DNA of 64,000 nt from Eledone cirrhosa (Eukaryota), in NCBI GenBank assembly GCA_964016885.1, contig OZ024745.1, positions 96,596,001-96,660,000 on the forward strand, given 5' to 3'. How positions within the stretch are numbered: the stretch's first letter is position 1; each line of letters opens with the position of its first letter. Made by a program: the position numbers and the translations under genes. The notes under the pieces are model-generated. The model was not told where the DNA came from, did no database searches, and worked only from the letters and a program-made list of their open reading frames with translations. Of the stretch, positions 16,185 through 29,860 are shown piece by piece.

Positions 16185-16345
16185 TGGAAGCGGCGAATTG
16201 GCTGAGCCTTTAGAACGTCGGGTAGAATGTTTTATAGTATACTTACCGACCCTCTACGCTCTGTGTTCAAATTCCACCGAGATCGATTTTGCCTCTCAGA
16301 CTATCGAGGTTGATAAAGTTCCAATCCACTACTGGGGTCGATACT
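16185..16345 (+). mobile_element. Degenerate SINE copy
   Basis: GTGTTCAAATTCCACCGAGATCGATTTTGCC...GAGGTTGATAAAG resembles the SINE core. Confidence 0.55.
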
Positions 16346-18149
16346 TCTTTTTTACCTTACTCTCTATTAATCTCCTTCCCTGGATATGTTTAGACCTGGG
16401 GGAATATAGATTTCGTTGGGCTTAACATTCCCAAGAAATTCCGTATGTCATTACGGTGCTCCTACGATACCACTAGTTGTTACGGGTCAATACATAATAT
16501 ATACATTTGGTCCCATTCTTTTGAATTCTGGACACGTCCCTTTACAACTGGGAAAGACAAAAAATAAGCTAAACCAGAATCCAAAGAACCTTATGTTGGT
16601 CTGAGAAACCTAGTCAAGTTTTTCTTTTGCACAGACAAGGTCGATAGAATAGTACCAGATAAAGCACTGTGTTTGATATAATTGACTAAAACCATTAAAA
16701 ACGATACAAGAGCGTCGCAAAAGCCCAATGACTGAAATCGGTAAAAGAAAACAGTAACAAAGTAAAAGGATAAACAAAGATCCTATGTGAATAATTTCTG
16801 TTTCAATTCTTTTGAAAATTATTCTTTTCTGGTATCAGCATATTTAATGGAGCGGCTGGGAGGTTATTGACAAAATTATGCGACTGTAAAAAGAGAATAA
16901 GAAATAAAAATAAAAAAAGAAAGCGTATCTGCACGAGAAATTTTTACATTTAAAAAGCCAACAGAATTTTCTTTAAATCCCATTCTGTGAGCTATATAAT
17001 TATTTTAAATAGCAGCATTAATATTCCATTCTTGTACATGTTTTGTGAGGAGTGTTATAGGTTACATAAAACCGTGTGCTTAAAAAGATAATGTTGAATT
17101 CTTAAAGATATTGGACATTCATTACAGACAGGCATTATTAGTATTCACTAATTTAATTGTTATTTTTTATGTCATTCTTATGAATGTTTTTTTTCCCTCG
17201 TACGCCTACCAGCTGTGTGAACAAGTATGGCTGATTATTTAAGAAGTTTGCTTCACAGTCGTGACGTTCGGGTTTCGACATCCACAGCTTAGCATCTTGA
17301 ACATGTGTCTTCTATAGATGGAACTCGGTAGACGGAATCTATGTGGAAGCCTGATAGTAATTCAAAGGCCTAGTTTTGTTACATACCGCGCTCTGCTGTT
17401 CTGCCTGGGTATTACGTTAAAGGTACACATGTCTGTCGGTTACTCAGCTATTTATTCGTTGTTAAAATGTATAGACCGTTCAATTAATCGAATTACTGAC
17501 ATACTTATCATCGAACACAACGCAAGGTCCAACTGGCGTTTAGTTTATTTTACCAACTGGTAACTGATCTTTCACTATTTGGTCGCTCAATCCATTTCAC
17601 TCTATTTTGTCACTGATAATACCTCCGTCTACATTTCGTCCAGTATAATTCATCTCATTATATTTCGCATCGTCTAATTCATCTAATGTATTTGTGACTG
17701 ACAACACAGCCAGTGTATTTGGTCTCGTATGACAATCCAGCAAGACTATTTGGTCATTGGTAATCCAGCCAATGTATTTACTCGTTGATAACTCAGCCTG
17801 TATATTAAAAATTAACGGTAATTTATTGATATTTGGTCTAGACATATCGAGATATATTATCAATGAATAGACCATGGGTGTAAGTGGTTTAATTAATATG
17901 TAATACAAGTTATAAGGGTACAAAACATGAAAACAAAGTCAGACATTTCTTATTAAGTAACCGATTAAACGGACCCTGTAAGTTAACTGGTCTTAATCTT
18001 GATCGGCCCAAGGAGGATGAAAGGTGACGATGATCTCGACGAGATTGGACTTAAAACTTCGACGTAATTAACAATAAAATGCTATAAAAAGGTTTTCTGA
18101 TGTTGGTGGGCGGCCAGTAATTTTAGAGGAAGGAAAAGTTAATTATATT

Positions 18150-18330
18150 GACTTCAGTGGATGACTTTATTTTATCGACCTCAGAAGGATGAAAGGTAAA
18201 GTTGGTGTCAATGGGATTTGAACTCAGAACATAAAAAGGTGTAACTGAATGCTGCAAGTAACTGAATGTAACTGAATGTAACTGAATGCTGCAAGTAATT
18301 TGTTCGACACTCTGATGATTTTGCCAATCC
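18150..18330 (-). mobile_element. Degenerate SINE copy
   Basis: Reverse complement of the SINE core (TTTTATCGACCTCAGAAGGATGAAAGG...GGGATTTGAACTCAGAAC). Confidence 0.65.
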
Positions 18331-18902
18331 ATCATAATAAAATGACACAAAGAAACCTGTCCGGTTTAACTAACTCGCTATTCTGTTTAGATTAACACGC
18401 TAACAGTGTTTTTATGGCGTTAGTCAAGCGGAAATTAATTCTACACAAACTTTCAAACATTATTCAGATTGGTGCAGTTGATGTTTATTTAGGATACCTG
18501 TAAATCGATGGCTTAATATACAGAAAGAATAACAGGAGTGATAGGAGCAAGCCCTAGAGCATATCAGAAATGATGGACAGCAGTTCGAAGAACTCCATCA
18601 GTGCACCCTGAGATGGTGCGATCTTTCATGAAAGTACAAACCCTAGAGACGAGTGTCTGATGAAGCCCATGGGAAGGAAAGTTTGTCAGGAGATTTTTCG
18701 GGACATACACTATCAAATACCTTCTTCGTATCAAATACGACCAGAATGCTTTCACCGTATTTCTTAAAGTCGGGAAATCATTAATAGGTGACATATGAGA
18801 GTAAGTCTCCAGTAGATGTGATTGTGCACAACATAATGGAAGGTGTATTGGGAATGACACGTGGGAAAATACATTAGAAATCTGTTTGTTTATAGGTTGT
18901 AT

Positions 18903-19400
18903 CTGCTCCATATTAAAGTGGATCCCCATCTGTTACATGTTGTCAGACATAATCCCCATCTCCTCCATGTCCTTAAAGATGATCACCATCTGCTCCATGT
19001 TGTTAAAGATGATCATCATCTGCTCCATGTTGTTAAAGAGGATCAAAATCTCCTCCATATTGTTAAAGAGGATCACCATCTGTTCCATGTTGTTAAATAT
19101 GATCCCCATCTGCTCCATGTTGTTAAAGAGGATCATCATTTGCTACATGTTGCTCAAGAAACTCACCATCTGTTACATGTTGTCAAAGATGCTCACCAAC
19201 TGCTCCATGTTGTTAAAGAGGATAGGTCATCATCTGCTCCATGTTATCAGAAATCATCACTATTTCCTCCATGTTATTAAAGATGAACACCGTCTGCTCC
19301 AGTTAATTAAAGATAAGCAGTGTTTACATCATGTTTTCAGTGATGGGCCTCATCTACAGAATGTCCTCAGACTTCATCAATATCTGCATCATATTCTCAG
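18903..19400. repeat. 30-bp minisatellite
   Basis: About 15 degenerate copies of CATCTGCTCCATGTTGTTAAAGAGGATCAC. Confidence 0.9.
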
Positions 19401-19677
19401 CAGCATCTGCACCACCAATTTGAGCTCTGATCAGTTGATCTGGGATATTGGCCTTTAGTTAGGAATTTCACCATGCCCCTCCAAGATCATAAAATAAACA
19501 TTACTTATTTCAAGTGACAGATTAATCTAGTGAAATCTTGGTTACTCCCCGTCACATACAGTATGTTAGTAATAAGTACTTGTCGAAGTAGTACATATTT
19601 GGCTATTTGTTTTACTCTTCACTGAGGAATAGAGTCTCCATTCTCCCATATCGTTTCACCTTGTGTTGCAGCATCTG

Positions 19678-19895
19678 AGGGTGGTGGATTGGCAGAATCG
19701 GTAGAGCGTCGCACACTATGCTTTGCAACATAGAGTTACATCCCTTTACGTTCTGAGTTCAAATCCCGCCGAGGTTAGCTTTGTCTTTCATCCTTACAGG
19801 GTCGATAAAATAAAGTACCAGTAATGAACTGGGTTCGATTTAATAGACTTTCCCCTCCCCAAAATTACTGGCCTTGTGCCTATACTAGAAATCAT
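19678..19895 (+). mobile_element. tRNA-derived SINE with 14-bp TSD
   Basis: A and B boxes plus core. TGTTGCA(G/A)CATCTG at 19664-19677 and 19896-19909. Confidence 0.9.
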
Positions 19896-20092
19896 TGTTG
19901 CAACATCTGGAACTTCACACATCCTTCATACAATCTTTAGTTTACGAATTTCAATCCCGGAATCTCTTGTTTATGCCTGGCAGAATTGGAATATCTGGTC
20001 GTAATATAAAGTATTTGTGCTTTTGTAAGCGGGAACTCCCTTCATTACTTTTTTTATTGGGCAACAATTAGAAATCATTAGAGTCGGAAGAT

Positions 20093-20590
20093 ATTAACGA
20101 GAACCTGGTAAAACTGTAGAATCTTGGAACACTAACGAGAATCTGGGCACACTAACGAGAATCTGGTAAAACTGTAGAATTTGGGGACACTAACGAGAAT
20201 CTGGTAAAGCTGTGGAATTGGGGACATTAACGAGAATCTGGTGAAACTGTGGAATTGGGGACACTAACGAGAATCTGGTAAAACTGTAGAATTTGGGGAC
20301 ACTAACGAGAATCTGGTAACACTGTGGAATTGGGGACACTAAAGAGAATCTGGTGAAACTGTAGAATTTGAGGATACTAACGAGAATCTGGGGACACAAA
20401 CGAAAATTTGGACACACTAACGAGAATCTGGGGACACTAACGAGAATTTGGGCACACTAACGAGCATCTGGGAACACTAACGAGAATCAGGGGACACTAA
20501 CGGGAATCTAGGCACACTAACGAGAATCTGGGGACACTAACGAGAATCTGGTAAAAATAAAACTTTGAAGACATTAACGAAATACCGGTA
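20093..20590. repeat. Compound 21/39-bp minisatellite
   Basis: Repeats of ACACTAACGAGAATCTGG, with or without TAAAACTGTAGAATTTGGGG. Confidence 0.9.
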
Positions 20591-20646
20591 AAACAGTAAA
20601 GTCTGGTGATATTAGTGGTGATATGTGTTGACAGCAACTACAAACA

Positions 20647-21180
20647 TCTATATATATAAAGTTGTAGTTCCTGTCTGTTTGTTTGTTTGTTCACGAACTT
20701 CTATGGTTTTGGCGATAGATCCCTATAATCACATATATTCTGAAATACATTGCCCAGGGTACTTGGATAAGTATATTTCATTTTAATCAAAGCACAAACT
20801 CCCGCTGAAAATTTTTTCCCTTCGATTTATATGAAATTTAAACCATAGGTAAATGACAAGATATGATGCCTATTCACCAAATTTCAACAAATTTCAATAA
20901 TATTAAGATACCCTAATGGGGGTTAAACCCCCTATAGTGAACATTTTGGAAGCCCATAACTTGAGATTTGGAACCTCTATTATCACGGGGTTTTTCTATT
21001 AATTAAACGTAAACCAACAAAAAAGGCACCTCTCTTTTATGGTAAAATTTGGCTAATTTAGACATTTCATCTATGGAAAACCATCATTAGAATTATAACA
21101 ACAAAAATTATCAACAAAAATAATCCTTTTCTTACAAAAAAAATGTGTGAAACGCAGCAAGACGCGGGTAATTCGGCTAG
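20647..21180 (+). mobile_element. Non-autonomous Helitron
   Basis: Starts A|TCTATATATATAAAG followed by (GTTT)n; ends with an imperfect GC hairpin (CGCAGCAAGACGCGGG) then CTAG|T. Confidence 0.7.
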
Positions 21181-22036
21181 TTATTAATAAAGAAGATCAG
21201 TCACATTTTCCCCACGAAAAATAATTTATATGACTTTGCGAGATAATATCACGGGTATATAATTTATCGATTCCGGAAAAATGAAGGAAATGCAATGTCG
21301 ACCACAGACAGATTTGATCTAAAGTTGTAAAATTACGTAACTAAGTACTGCGAGATATTGTGTATACCACTCCACCGATTTTCCCACTCCGACACCTTAA
21401 TACTAAGGATATGGGTTTCTAACATAGACACAATAATAATAGTAATAATATTCAAATGAAATAATATAATATGCATCAACATTTTAATAGCCAAATCGAA
21501 TGTGCATTAGCAGTTTATAAGTAATATAGTCTGGAAGTAATGGATTCTTATTTTATTAGAAAATATAATATGAATTCCCATTTAAATGAATTGCAAATAT
21601 TTTTGCAAAGATTTCAAAAATAATAAAATATTTTAATGCAGCCAAACAAATAAAGGATTTACTGATTTTTTTGATTTTTTATTTCTTTTAGGCACTTTTG
21701 ATTTGGGGAAATAGACTATAAGGTGTTTGAAAAAGAGAAATAAATATAAGATAAAAACAAAATAAAATAATACAAAAACGATCAAGTATTATAAACAAGA
21801 ACAAAGCATTAAATATAAAATGTTTTACACGATATTTATAAAAAAAAAACGTAAACATCAACCATAACATTGTTGAAAAATATTATTATAGCTATGTAAT
21901 ATTTTAAAAAAAGTTGTATTTATTGCATTGAGAAAAATATTATGTCTGTATAAATAGATATACACGTCTTGCATATACACTCTCAGCAACGGATTCATAA
22001 ACACAATCACACATGCATATATACATATATATACAT

Positions 22037-22260
22037 AGGAAAATATTTAACCCTGACGGCAGAGCTCAAGCCATTTCGATGGCTATTTCTGGACTTGGGT
22101 CCAGACGGCTATTTCTGGACCAGGGTCCAGAAATAGCCGTCGAAACGGCTTGAGCTCTGCCGTTGGGGTTAAACATTTTCCTATTACCCACTCTACTACC
22201 CTAAGTATTGAGTACTCTGGTGCGTTAAGGTCCACCTGGTTCCTTACCACACTTCCTTCG

Positions 22261-22262
<2 letters not shown>
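22037..22262 (+). mobile_element. Family-A fold-back insert with HHR 3' half
   Basis: Inverted arms around about 22090-22125. GAAA-cggc(ttgagctct)gccg-TT^ggggtt. An 80-nt tail on one side only; flanked by TA-rich tracts. Confidence 0.8.
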
Positions 22263-22305
<43 letters not shown>

Positions 22306-22308
<3 letters not shown>

Positions 22309-23601
22309 ACTAGAAATTGATTGACATATATATATATAAAATAAACATATGAAACAATCACAGGGAATAATTTGTAAAGTGTGTAAGCACACACAGTTAG
22401 GTAGGTAACTAATTAATCTTTAACTAGATCTTCAAATATAGAGACCTTTTAAAATGATCAATCTCCTTTGTATATATTTCATTAAATAAAGAAAAAAATT
22501 CACCATCAATCGGTAAATCACAGTAGTCGAAACGGATTTTCAGCAAAGGAGAAGATTTAACTATCTGTGTTTACACAGCAAATGCAAATCTATGAGTGAC
22601 TCGAAGCACTTGCTGCATTTTTTTTTAAATACACACATCGTACCAGCGTCATCACGGTGGCGTGAATAAGATTATCGACATCTAGAAATAGCAGCCGAGT
22701 CCTTTCAACTGAGTTAGCTCTACAATTAAGGGGCCGTATATATATCCAAAATTAACTTAAGGGTGTCATGTCTGAGAGACATGCATCATATCCACTGTAG
22801 AATATGCTCAAAGATTCCAATGAATAGATCCGAGCATTTATATCAACTAGAAATTGATTGACATATATATATATAAAATAAACATATGAAACAATCACAG
22901 GGAATAATTCGTAAAGTGTGTAAGCACACACAGCTAGGTAGGTAACTAATTAAAGTTTAACTAGAACTTCAAATATAGATACCTTTTAAAATGATTAATC
23001 TCTTTTGTATATATTTCATTAAATAAAGAAATATATTTCACCATCAATCGGTAAATCACAGTAGTCAAATAATTTTAATTAATTGTAGAGCTAACTCAGT
23101 TGAAAGGACTCGGCTGCTATTTCTAGCTGTCGATAATCCTATTCACGCCATTGGGATGACGCTGGTACGATGTGTGTATTTAAAAAAAAATGCAACACGT
23201 GCTTCGAGTCATTCACAGATTTGCATTTGCAGTGTAAACACAGATAGTTAAATCTACTCTTTTGCTGAAACTCCGGGATTTGACTACTGTGATTTACCGA
23301 TTGATGGTGAAATATATTTCTTTATTTAATGAAATATACACAAAGGAGATTATTCATTTTAAAAGGTATCTATATTTGAAGTTCTGGTTAAACTTTAATT
23401 AGTTGTCTACCTAGCTATGTGTGCTTACACACTTTACAAATTATTCCCTGTGATTGTTTCATATGTTTATTTTATATATATATATCAATCAATTTCTAGT
23501 TGATATAAATGCTCGGATCTATTCACTGGAATCTTTGAGCATATTCTACAGTGGATATGGCGCATGTCTCTCTCAGACATGACTCCTTACTTTAATTTTG
23601 G
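22306..23601. mobile_element. Retrozyme-like 537-bp unit: 1.4 tandem copies plus an inverted copy
   Basis: 22306 repeats at 22843; about 23075-23601 is the reverse complement. Degenerate HHR at 22462-22552 on the minus strand (9-bp stem I, core CTGAAAA). Confidence 0.7.
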
Positions 23602-23624
23602 ATATATATATATATGTATATATG

Positions 23625-23717
<93 letters not shown>

Positions 23718-23719
<2 letters not shown>

Positions 23720-24939
23720 ATTAAAAAAATCTAATAGTACCCCATTCGACATGAGGTTTGGGCGCCAGGATTCTGCGGAGGTTACTGATCTTATCGGCCT
23801 TTTCCTTCTTTTCTCTATCAAAGAAGAATTCCCCAACGTGGGCAGTGGCTTATACCGTGATGACGGTCTTTTGACCATGACTAAGTGTGGTCCACTTGCT
23901 TGCGACAGGTTCAGAAAAGAACTCACAGCCTTCTTTAAAGGCTTCAATCTCTCCATACAGGTTGAGGCCAACCTCTCGGTCGTTAATTACCTCGACGTTA
24001 CCCTCAATTTGTCGAATGGCTTGCACTACCCGTATAGAAAACCGAATGATACGCTTAATTACATAAGTAAGCATTCTAACCATCCTGCCAGTATAACCAA
24101 GAACCTGGTAAGAAACTTTTCTTTGAGGCTTTCCCGTCTATCTACAAACGAGCATATTTTCACCGACCATTCCACATATTACAATGAAGCTCTTGCTCGT
24201 AGTGGATTTGTCGATAAGGTAGCATATACAGAGTATGAGAATAGACCTAGGAAAATAGATCCCGACGCATTATATGGTATAACCCACCATATAATATGGA
24301 GGTGGCCACACCTTTAGCCAAGATATTTCTCTCCCTTATTATGAAGCATTTCTCCCAAGTACATAAATATAGTAACATTTTTAATAGAAATACCATTAAA
24401 ATTTCTTACTCTACGACTCCTAACCTAACATCACAGCTTCAAATTTAGCTAAATTACCTAGCCGCAGGAACACGTGCAACCCTGTAGCTAGTACTAACTG
24501 TAATTGTAGGAATTGGGTTGACAGCCACCTATCCGGGATATGCCTCTCTAGTAACATTGTTTACAAATGTAAGGTTGAAACACCCACGTCCCGTAGGGCC
24601 TACATAGGGTTAACCGACAATAGATACAAGCAGCGTCTTTACATGCATACCCATTCTTTTCTTAACCCTTTAAGAAGGAATATGACGTCACTTTCAGCTT
24701 ATATCTGGAGTCTAAAAGACAACCACACCCAATATAAGTTACACTGGGAGATCCTAGCTGGGGCTAGATCGTATAACGGAAATAAAAGACCATGTAACCT
24801 CTGCGCCGCTGAAGCCCTGGTAATACTCTACGCCAAAGACCACATCTTAAACAAAAAATCTGAGGCAATTTCGGCTTGTAAACATAAATTGCACAAACAT
24901 TTCCTGTATTACAGCCCCACATTATACCATAACGGATAG
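23718..24939 (+). pseudogene. PLE reverse transcriptase and GIY-YIG endonuclease (frameshifted)
   Basis: FDMRFGRQDSAEVTDLIG, GLYRDDGL, VNYLDVTLNL, YPYRKPN, SNHP, CNCR...C..NIVYKC...AYIGLT...KQRL..H, CNLC..E and LNKKSE...CKHK. Confidence 0.9.
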
Positions 24940-25349
24940 TACGAACTATACGCGGATATTTTACGTCTTGATGTGATAGCTAAGTATATGTTATGTTTAT
25001 ACCATTACTTATTTTTATAGGTAAGTATATATTTACCTGTATGTTTTGTGAAGGTACGTATACTCTCCCGTACGTATATTTGCTTCTATATGTTATAGGC
25101 GTATATATTATATTATATATACTGGTACATGTGCATATGGTTATGTGTATACGTGTGTTTTGCGTCTGTGTGAGCATGCGGCTTCGTACGTATGTAGGGT
25201 GTGTGTATATGTGTACTTTGTGTTTTGGTTGACGTTCGTTTAACGAACATATGTGTATTTACATGTAGGTATGTGTGTGCGCGCATTATATACGTATTTA
25301 TGTGTGTATATTTATATACGTTTATATAATTATATGTATACACACACAA

Positions 25350-25381
<32 letters not shown>

Positions 25382-26023
25382 TTTTTTTTTATATATATTT
25401 TTATGTGTATTTGGTGTATACGTTCGTATGTGTGCGGGTACAGGCGTTGCGTAGGTTCTGTTTGTGCGTGCGTATTTTTTTTTGTTTCGTTTTGTGTACG
25501 TGTTTGATTTTGCATACCTATGGCGGGTGTTTTCGCGTTTGCATGTGTATGTACGTATATGAATGCGTGCATGTATATATTTTATTTTTGTTGATTTCAA
25601 TTACCCCTGTAATTTATTTACATTATTCTTAACTCTGAAGCCGAGAATCATTCGGTTTCCTAAATTGAATTTTAGCCTACGACTTCAGTTATACCATAAA
25701 CGTGGTTTTGTGTTTGCGTGTAATTGTTCTCAACGCTCCACATAATGACGTATTATCTTTGCTTTTTCCGTCCATTGCCAGAGAACGTTTCCACGAACCA
25801 CCTAATAGAATATTAGTCTACGACTTCATTTATACCATAAACGTGGTTTTGTCTTTGCGTGTAATTGTTTTCACCGCTCCAAATAATGACGTATTACTTC
25901 GTTTTTTTTTCCGTTCTTTGCCAGGGAACCTTTCCACGAACCAAAGTATCGTCTCCCTGTTTTTCTCCGGTTGCAACGTTTTTCGAAATATTTACTTCTG
26001 CGTTCACAGATTGATTTTTTTTT

Positions 26024-26074
26024 AGTTTCAGAAGATCCCGTTAAGGGTGAAAGCAGCGATTCTTTGCTTAAACT
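26024..26074 (+). ncRNA. Hammerhead ribozyme, U4A core variant
   Basis: AGTTT-CAGAAGA-tccc(gttaa)gggt-GAAA-gca...tgc-TT^AAACT. Identical motif at 43356-43406 (+) and 43228-43278 (-). Confidence 0.65.
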
Positions 26075-26197
26075 TTAATCTGTTATTTTAATAAATATTT
26101 GCTCTACGGTTCTTAGATATTTGATATATATTTATCCTTATCGAGCCCTCTTTGGATTTTAGTCTTCAAATTTATTATTACTATATATATATATATA

Positions 26198-26399
26198 TAA
26201 CAAAGGAATTGTGGTAAGGAACCAGATGGACCAAAACGCACCAAAGTACTCAATAATTAGGGTAGTAGAGTGGGAAATAGGAAAAAGTATGACCCCGACG
26301 GCAGAGCTCAAGCCGTTTCGACGGCTATTTCTGGACTCAGAGTCCAGAAATAGCCGTCGAAACGGCTTGAGCTTTGCCGTCGGGGTCATACTTTTTCAT
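26198..26399 (-). mobile_element. Family-A fold-back insert
   Basis: Tail plus palindromic arms centred near 26339; GAAA-cggc...gccg-TC^ggggtc. Confidence 0.8.
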
Positions 26400-26439
26400 A
26401 TATATATATATATATATATTGCAGCACTATGTGTCAATA

Positions 26440-26585
26440 ATTGTCACAAGTGTAGTGTTTGTACCAGAGTTTTCAAGTCGCTGGCTGGACTAAAAAGTCA
26501 CACTCGTTCAGCGTATCGGTAGGGGTTCTCCTACATGGATATAAAGCAGTGGCCCTACTCGAAAACGAGTTGGCAGCCACCATAT
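26440..26585 (+). pseudogene. RTE-type LINE extreme 3' fragment (C2H2-like finger)
   Basis: HKCSVCTRVFKSLAGLKSHTRS resembles the C-terminal finger of RTE-clade ORFs. Confidence 0.45.
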
Positions 26586-26841
26586 ACTATATATGTATAT
26601 AATATACATGTAAATATATATGCATGCATATTATACATACATATATGAATATTCAAACATATACTCTCACACACATATATCCTCGTGATATCTAATGTTT
26701 TGTACCGTGAAACTGTACAGTTAGGGCCATTTGAATAGGTAAATATTTATATTATATTTTTTAATTTTGATTAATTTTAATTGTATATTAATTTTGATTT
26801 ATTTTGAAAAATTGGTTGAATTTTACTTGTTCTGCTTATCT

Positions 26842-27611
<770 letters not shown>

Positions 27612-27624
27612 TATATATATATAT

Positions 27625-28029
27625 CCAGGGAGTGTAACTTGGAGTTACTGTAGGTTCACCAGGGTGAGCACTCCATCTTTAGGTTCACTTCAGTGTCGAG
27701 GTGTAGAGCTATACAGAGTTTATTATAGTGAAAAGATAACAAGGACGATTGGTTACTCCTTCATTACATTTATTGGTTGGTGACGCCTGTTTCGCAAATG
27801 ATCAGCTCAAGGTTCGATCTGCATCGATCTTACCCGACTCTGTAATCTGCGGCTCGTCGGACCCCTTTCTACTAGCATTACAAGGGGTGCGACGAACCGC
27901 AGATTACAGATTACAGAGTCGGGTAAGATCGATACAGAGCGAACCTTGAGTTGATCAGTGGCGAAAGGCGCGTCACCCACCAATAAATGTAATGAAGGAG
28001 TAACCAATCGTCCTTGTTATCTTTTTACT

Positions 28030-28030
<1 letters not shown>
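27625..28030. mobile_element. Fold-back insert with HHR 3' half
   Basis: Arms of about 140 bp centred near 27875; GAAA-ggcgcg-TC^ at about 27963-27974; tail on the left. A related copy at 49560-49667 reads GAAA-cgcgcg-TC. Confidence 0.7.
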
Positions 28031-28121
<91 letters not shown>

Positions 28122-28272
28122 AGTATATGTTGGTTGTTTACCGACACCTCAGTATGCAGATTGGAGCACTCCACGGGGTACACAGGTTGTGTTTTTTACT
28201 TCGGAGCAATGATTCTAGTTTCTCAGAGGAATAACAACACAACTAGGAGCTGTCTTTTCCACACAAATTCGG

Positions 28273-28327
28273 ACTGCCTGAAGAGGTCACAGCCAATAAT
28301 GGCTGTCACCGAAATATATATAGCAGT
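28273..28327 (+). ncRNA. Type I hammerhead ribozyme (27410 family)
   Basis: ACTGC-CTGAAGA-ggtcacagcca(ataa)tggctgtcacc-GAAA-tatata-TA^GCAGT, inside insert 28119-28385 whose left end is the inverted family tail. Confidence 0.85.
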
Positions 28328-28798
28328 ATATCTATAATTTATATTAAACGAAGCCAAGTTTTACATATTTGACTTAATTATTTTATATATATGTATATAT
28401 ATATATATGATAATAATGGAGCTGCGGCGTTGCAAATGGGTTACATATGAAAAAGTAAGTCCTTCATCAGTGGCCTTCCAACCGTCCTAGGCATTTCATC
28501 ACTTTAAAGGCCATATACCTCAGGTTGGTGCGAACAACGGCTAAAAAAAGTCGTTGGGACACGTAAATAAAGGGGACGCTGGGGTGAACAAACAAAATGG
28601 TTTAAGCAACAGAAAGTGAGAAGAAAGAGACAAGTCCCAGATTTCTATGAATATAAACTCGGTGAAATCGTGAACGAGAGACTAAAGACCATCAAACCTG
28701 GTTGAAATGTGAGCAAGGAAGGAATTTCGCACAGCTCTAACGGGAGGAAGAAGGGGTCTGGTCTGCGAATTCGGTAAACATAAGTTCTGTGAAGTCGC

Positions 28799-28861
<63 letters not shown>

Positions 28862-28862
<1 letters not shown>

Positions 28863-28986
28863 GTTATTCCGGGTTGAATCGGAGGTAACCACAGTAAGTA
28901 ATGTACTCAATACATAGCAGAGTATAAAAGTTTTAATATAGATGAGATTCTACAGGACTAGTCCTGTAGAATCTCATCTATATTAA

Positions 28987-28990
<4 letters not shown>
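28862..28990 (-). mobile_element. Short fold-back insert (44651 family), folded inside HHR stem III
   Basis: Same tail as 44651; palindrome centre ACAGGACTAGTCCTGT. Confidence 0.75.
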
Positions 28991-29019
<29 letters not shown>

Positions 29020-29020
<1 letters not shown>

Positions 29021-29197
29021 CTATAACGAAGGAGGTGTGGTAACGCACCAGAGTACTCAATACTTAGCGAAGTAGAGTGGGTAATAGGAAAATGTTTAAA
29101 CCCGACGGCAGAGCTCAAGCCGTTTCGACGGCTATTCTGTCCAGAAATAGCCGTCGAAACGGCTTGAGCTCTGCCGTCAGGGTTAAACATTTTCCCA
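29020..29197 (-). mobile_element. Family-A fold-back insert
   Basis: Shortened tail plus arms centred near 29140; half-HHR. Confidence 0.8.
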
Positions 29198-29210
29198 TAT
29201 ATATATATAT

Positions 29211-29641
29211 ATCACATAAGAAACGGAGAATTTGTGGTGCGACGAATTAAAATTTATTAGACATTTTACCATCGTTTCTCTGGTGACCAGCTCGGTCGCC
29301 AGAGAAACGATTGTAGTCTGTCTAATAAATTTTAATTCGTCGCACCACTAATTCTCCGTTTCTTATGTGATATTATACTCTACTCTATAAGACCATAGAG
29401 TGCTCAAACGGCCTACCGCATACGGACATGTCAACATGAATAGACCTGTTATTTTTATCTAAAGACATTTTTTCCAATTCCATCCCGCCCATCCCATCAA
29501 TCTATCTTATTTCTTATTCTTTCTTTTGATGAAGGACTAGCGTCTGAAACGTTAAGACCCTCTTCCTGCTATATCAAGCGTTAACCAAATATATCCTTTA
29601 CATATACTGTACCGATTGTGTTGTTATTTCTGTTTACCTTT

Positions 29642-29645
<4 letters not shown>
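29211..29645 (+). mobile_element. Fold-back insert fused to a Neptune-type PLE 3' end
   Basis: Arms at 29211-29372. About 29426-29645 matches 34325-34536 in reverse and contains TTGATGA-aggactagcgtct-GAAA-cgt-TA. Confidence 0.65.
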
Positions 29646-29688
<43 letters not shown>

Positions 29689-29710
29689 TAGTCTTCAAAT
29701 TTATTATTAT

Positions 29711-29745
<35 letters not shown>

Positions 29746-29748
29746 CAT

Positions 29749-29860
<112 letters not shown>

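Larger units (their letters stand above)
23718..26181 (+). mobile_element. 5'-truncated Penelope-like element (Naiad-type) inserted in (TA)n
   Basis: RT-GIY-YIG remnant, then a long 3' UTR with a tandem duplication of about 145 bp (25670-25940), an HHR at 26024-26074 and a tail ending AGTCTTCAAATTTATTATTAC-(TA)n. Confidence 0.88.

Noticed and set aside
18861-19458. His-rich repeat protein (HHLLHVVKED)n
   Set aside because: A 30-bp minisatellite open in several frames on both strands, with no splice or domain support.
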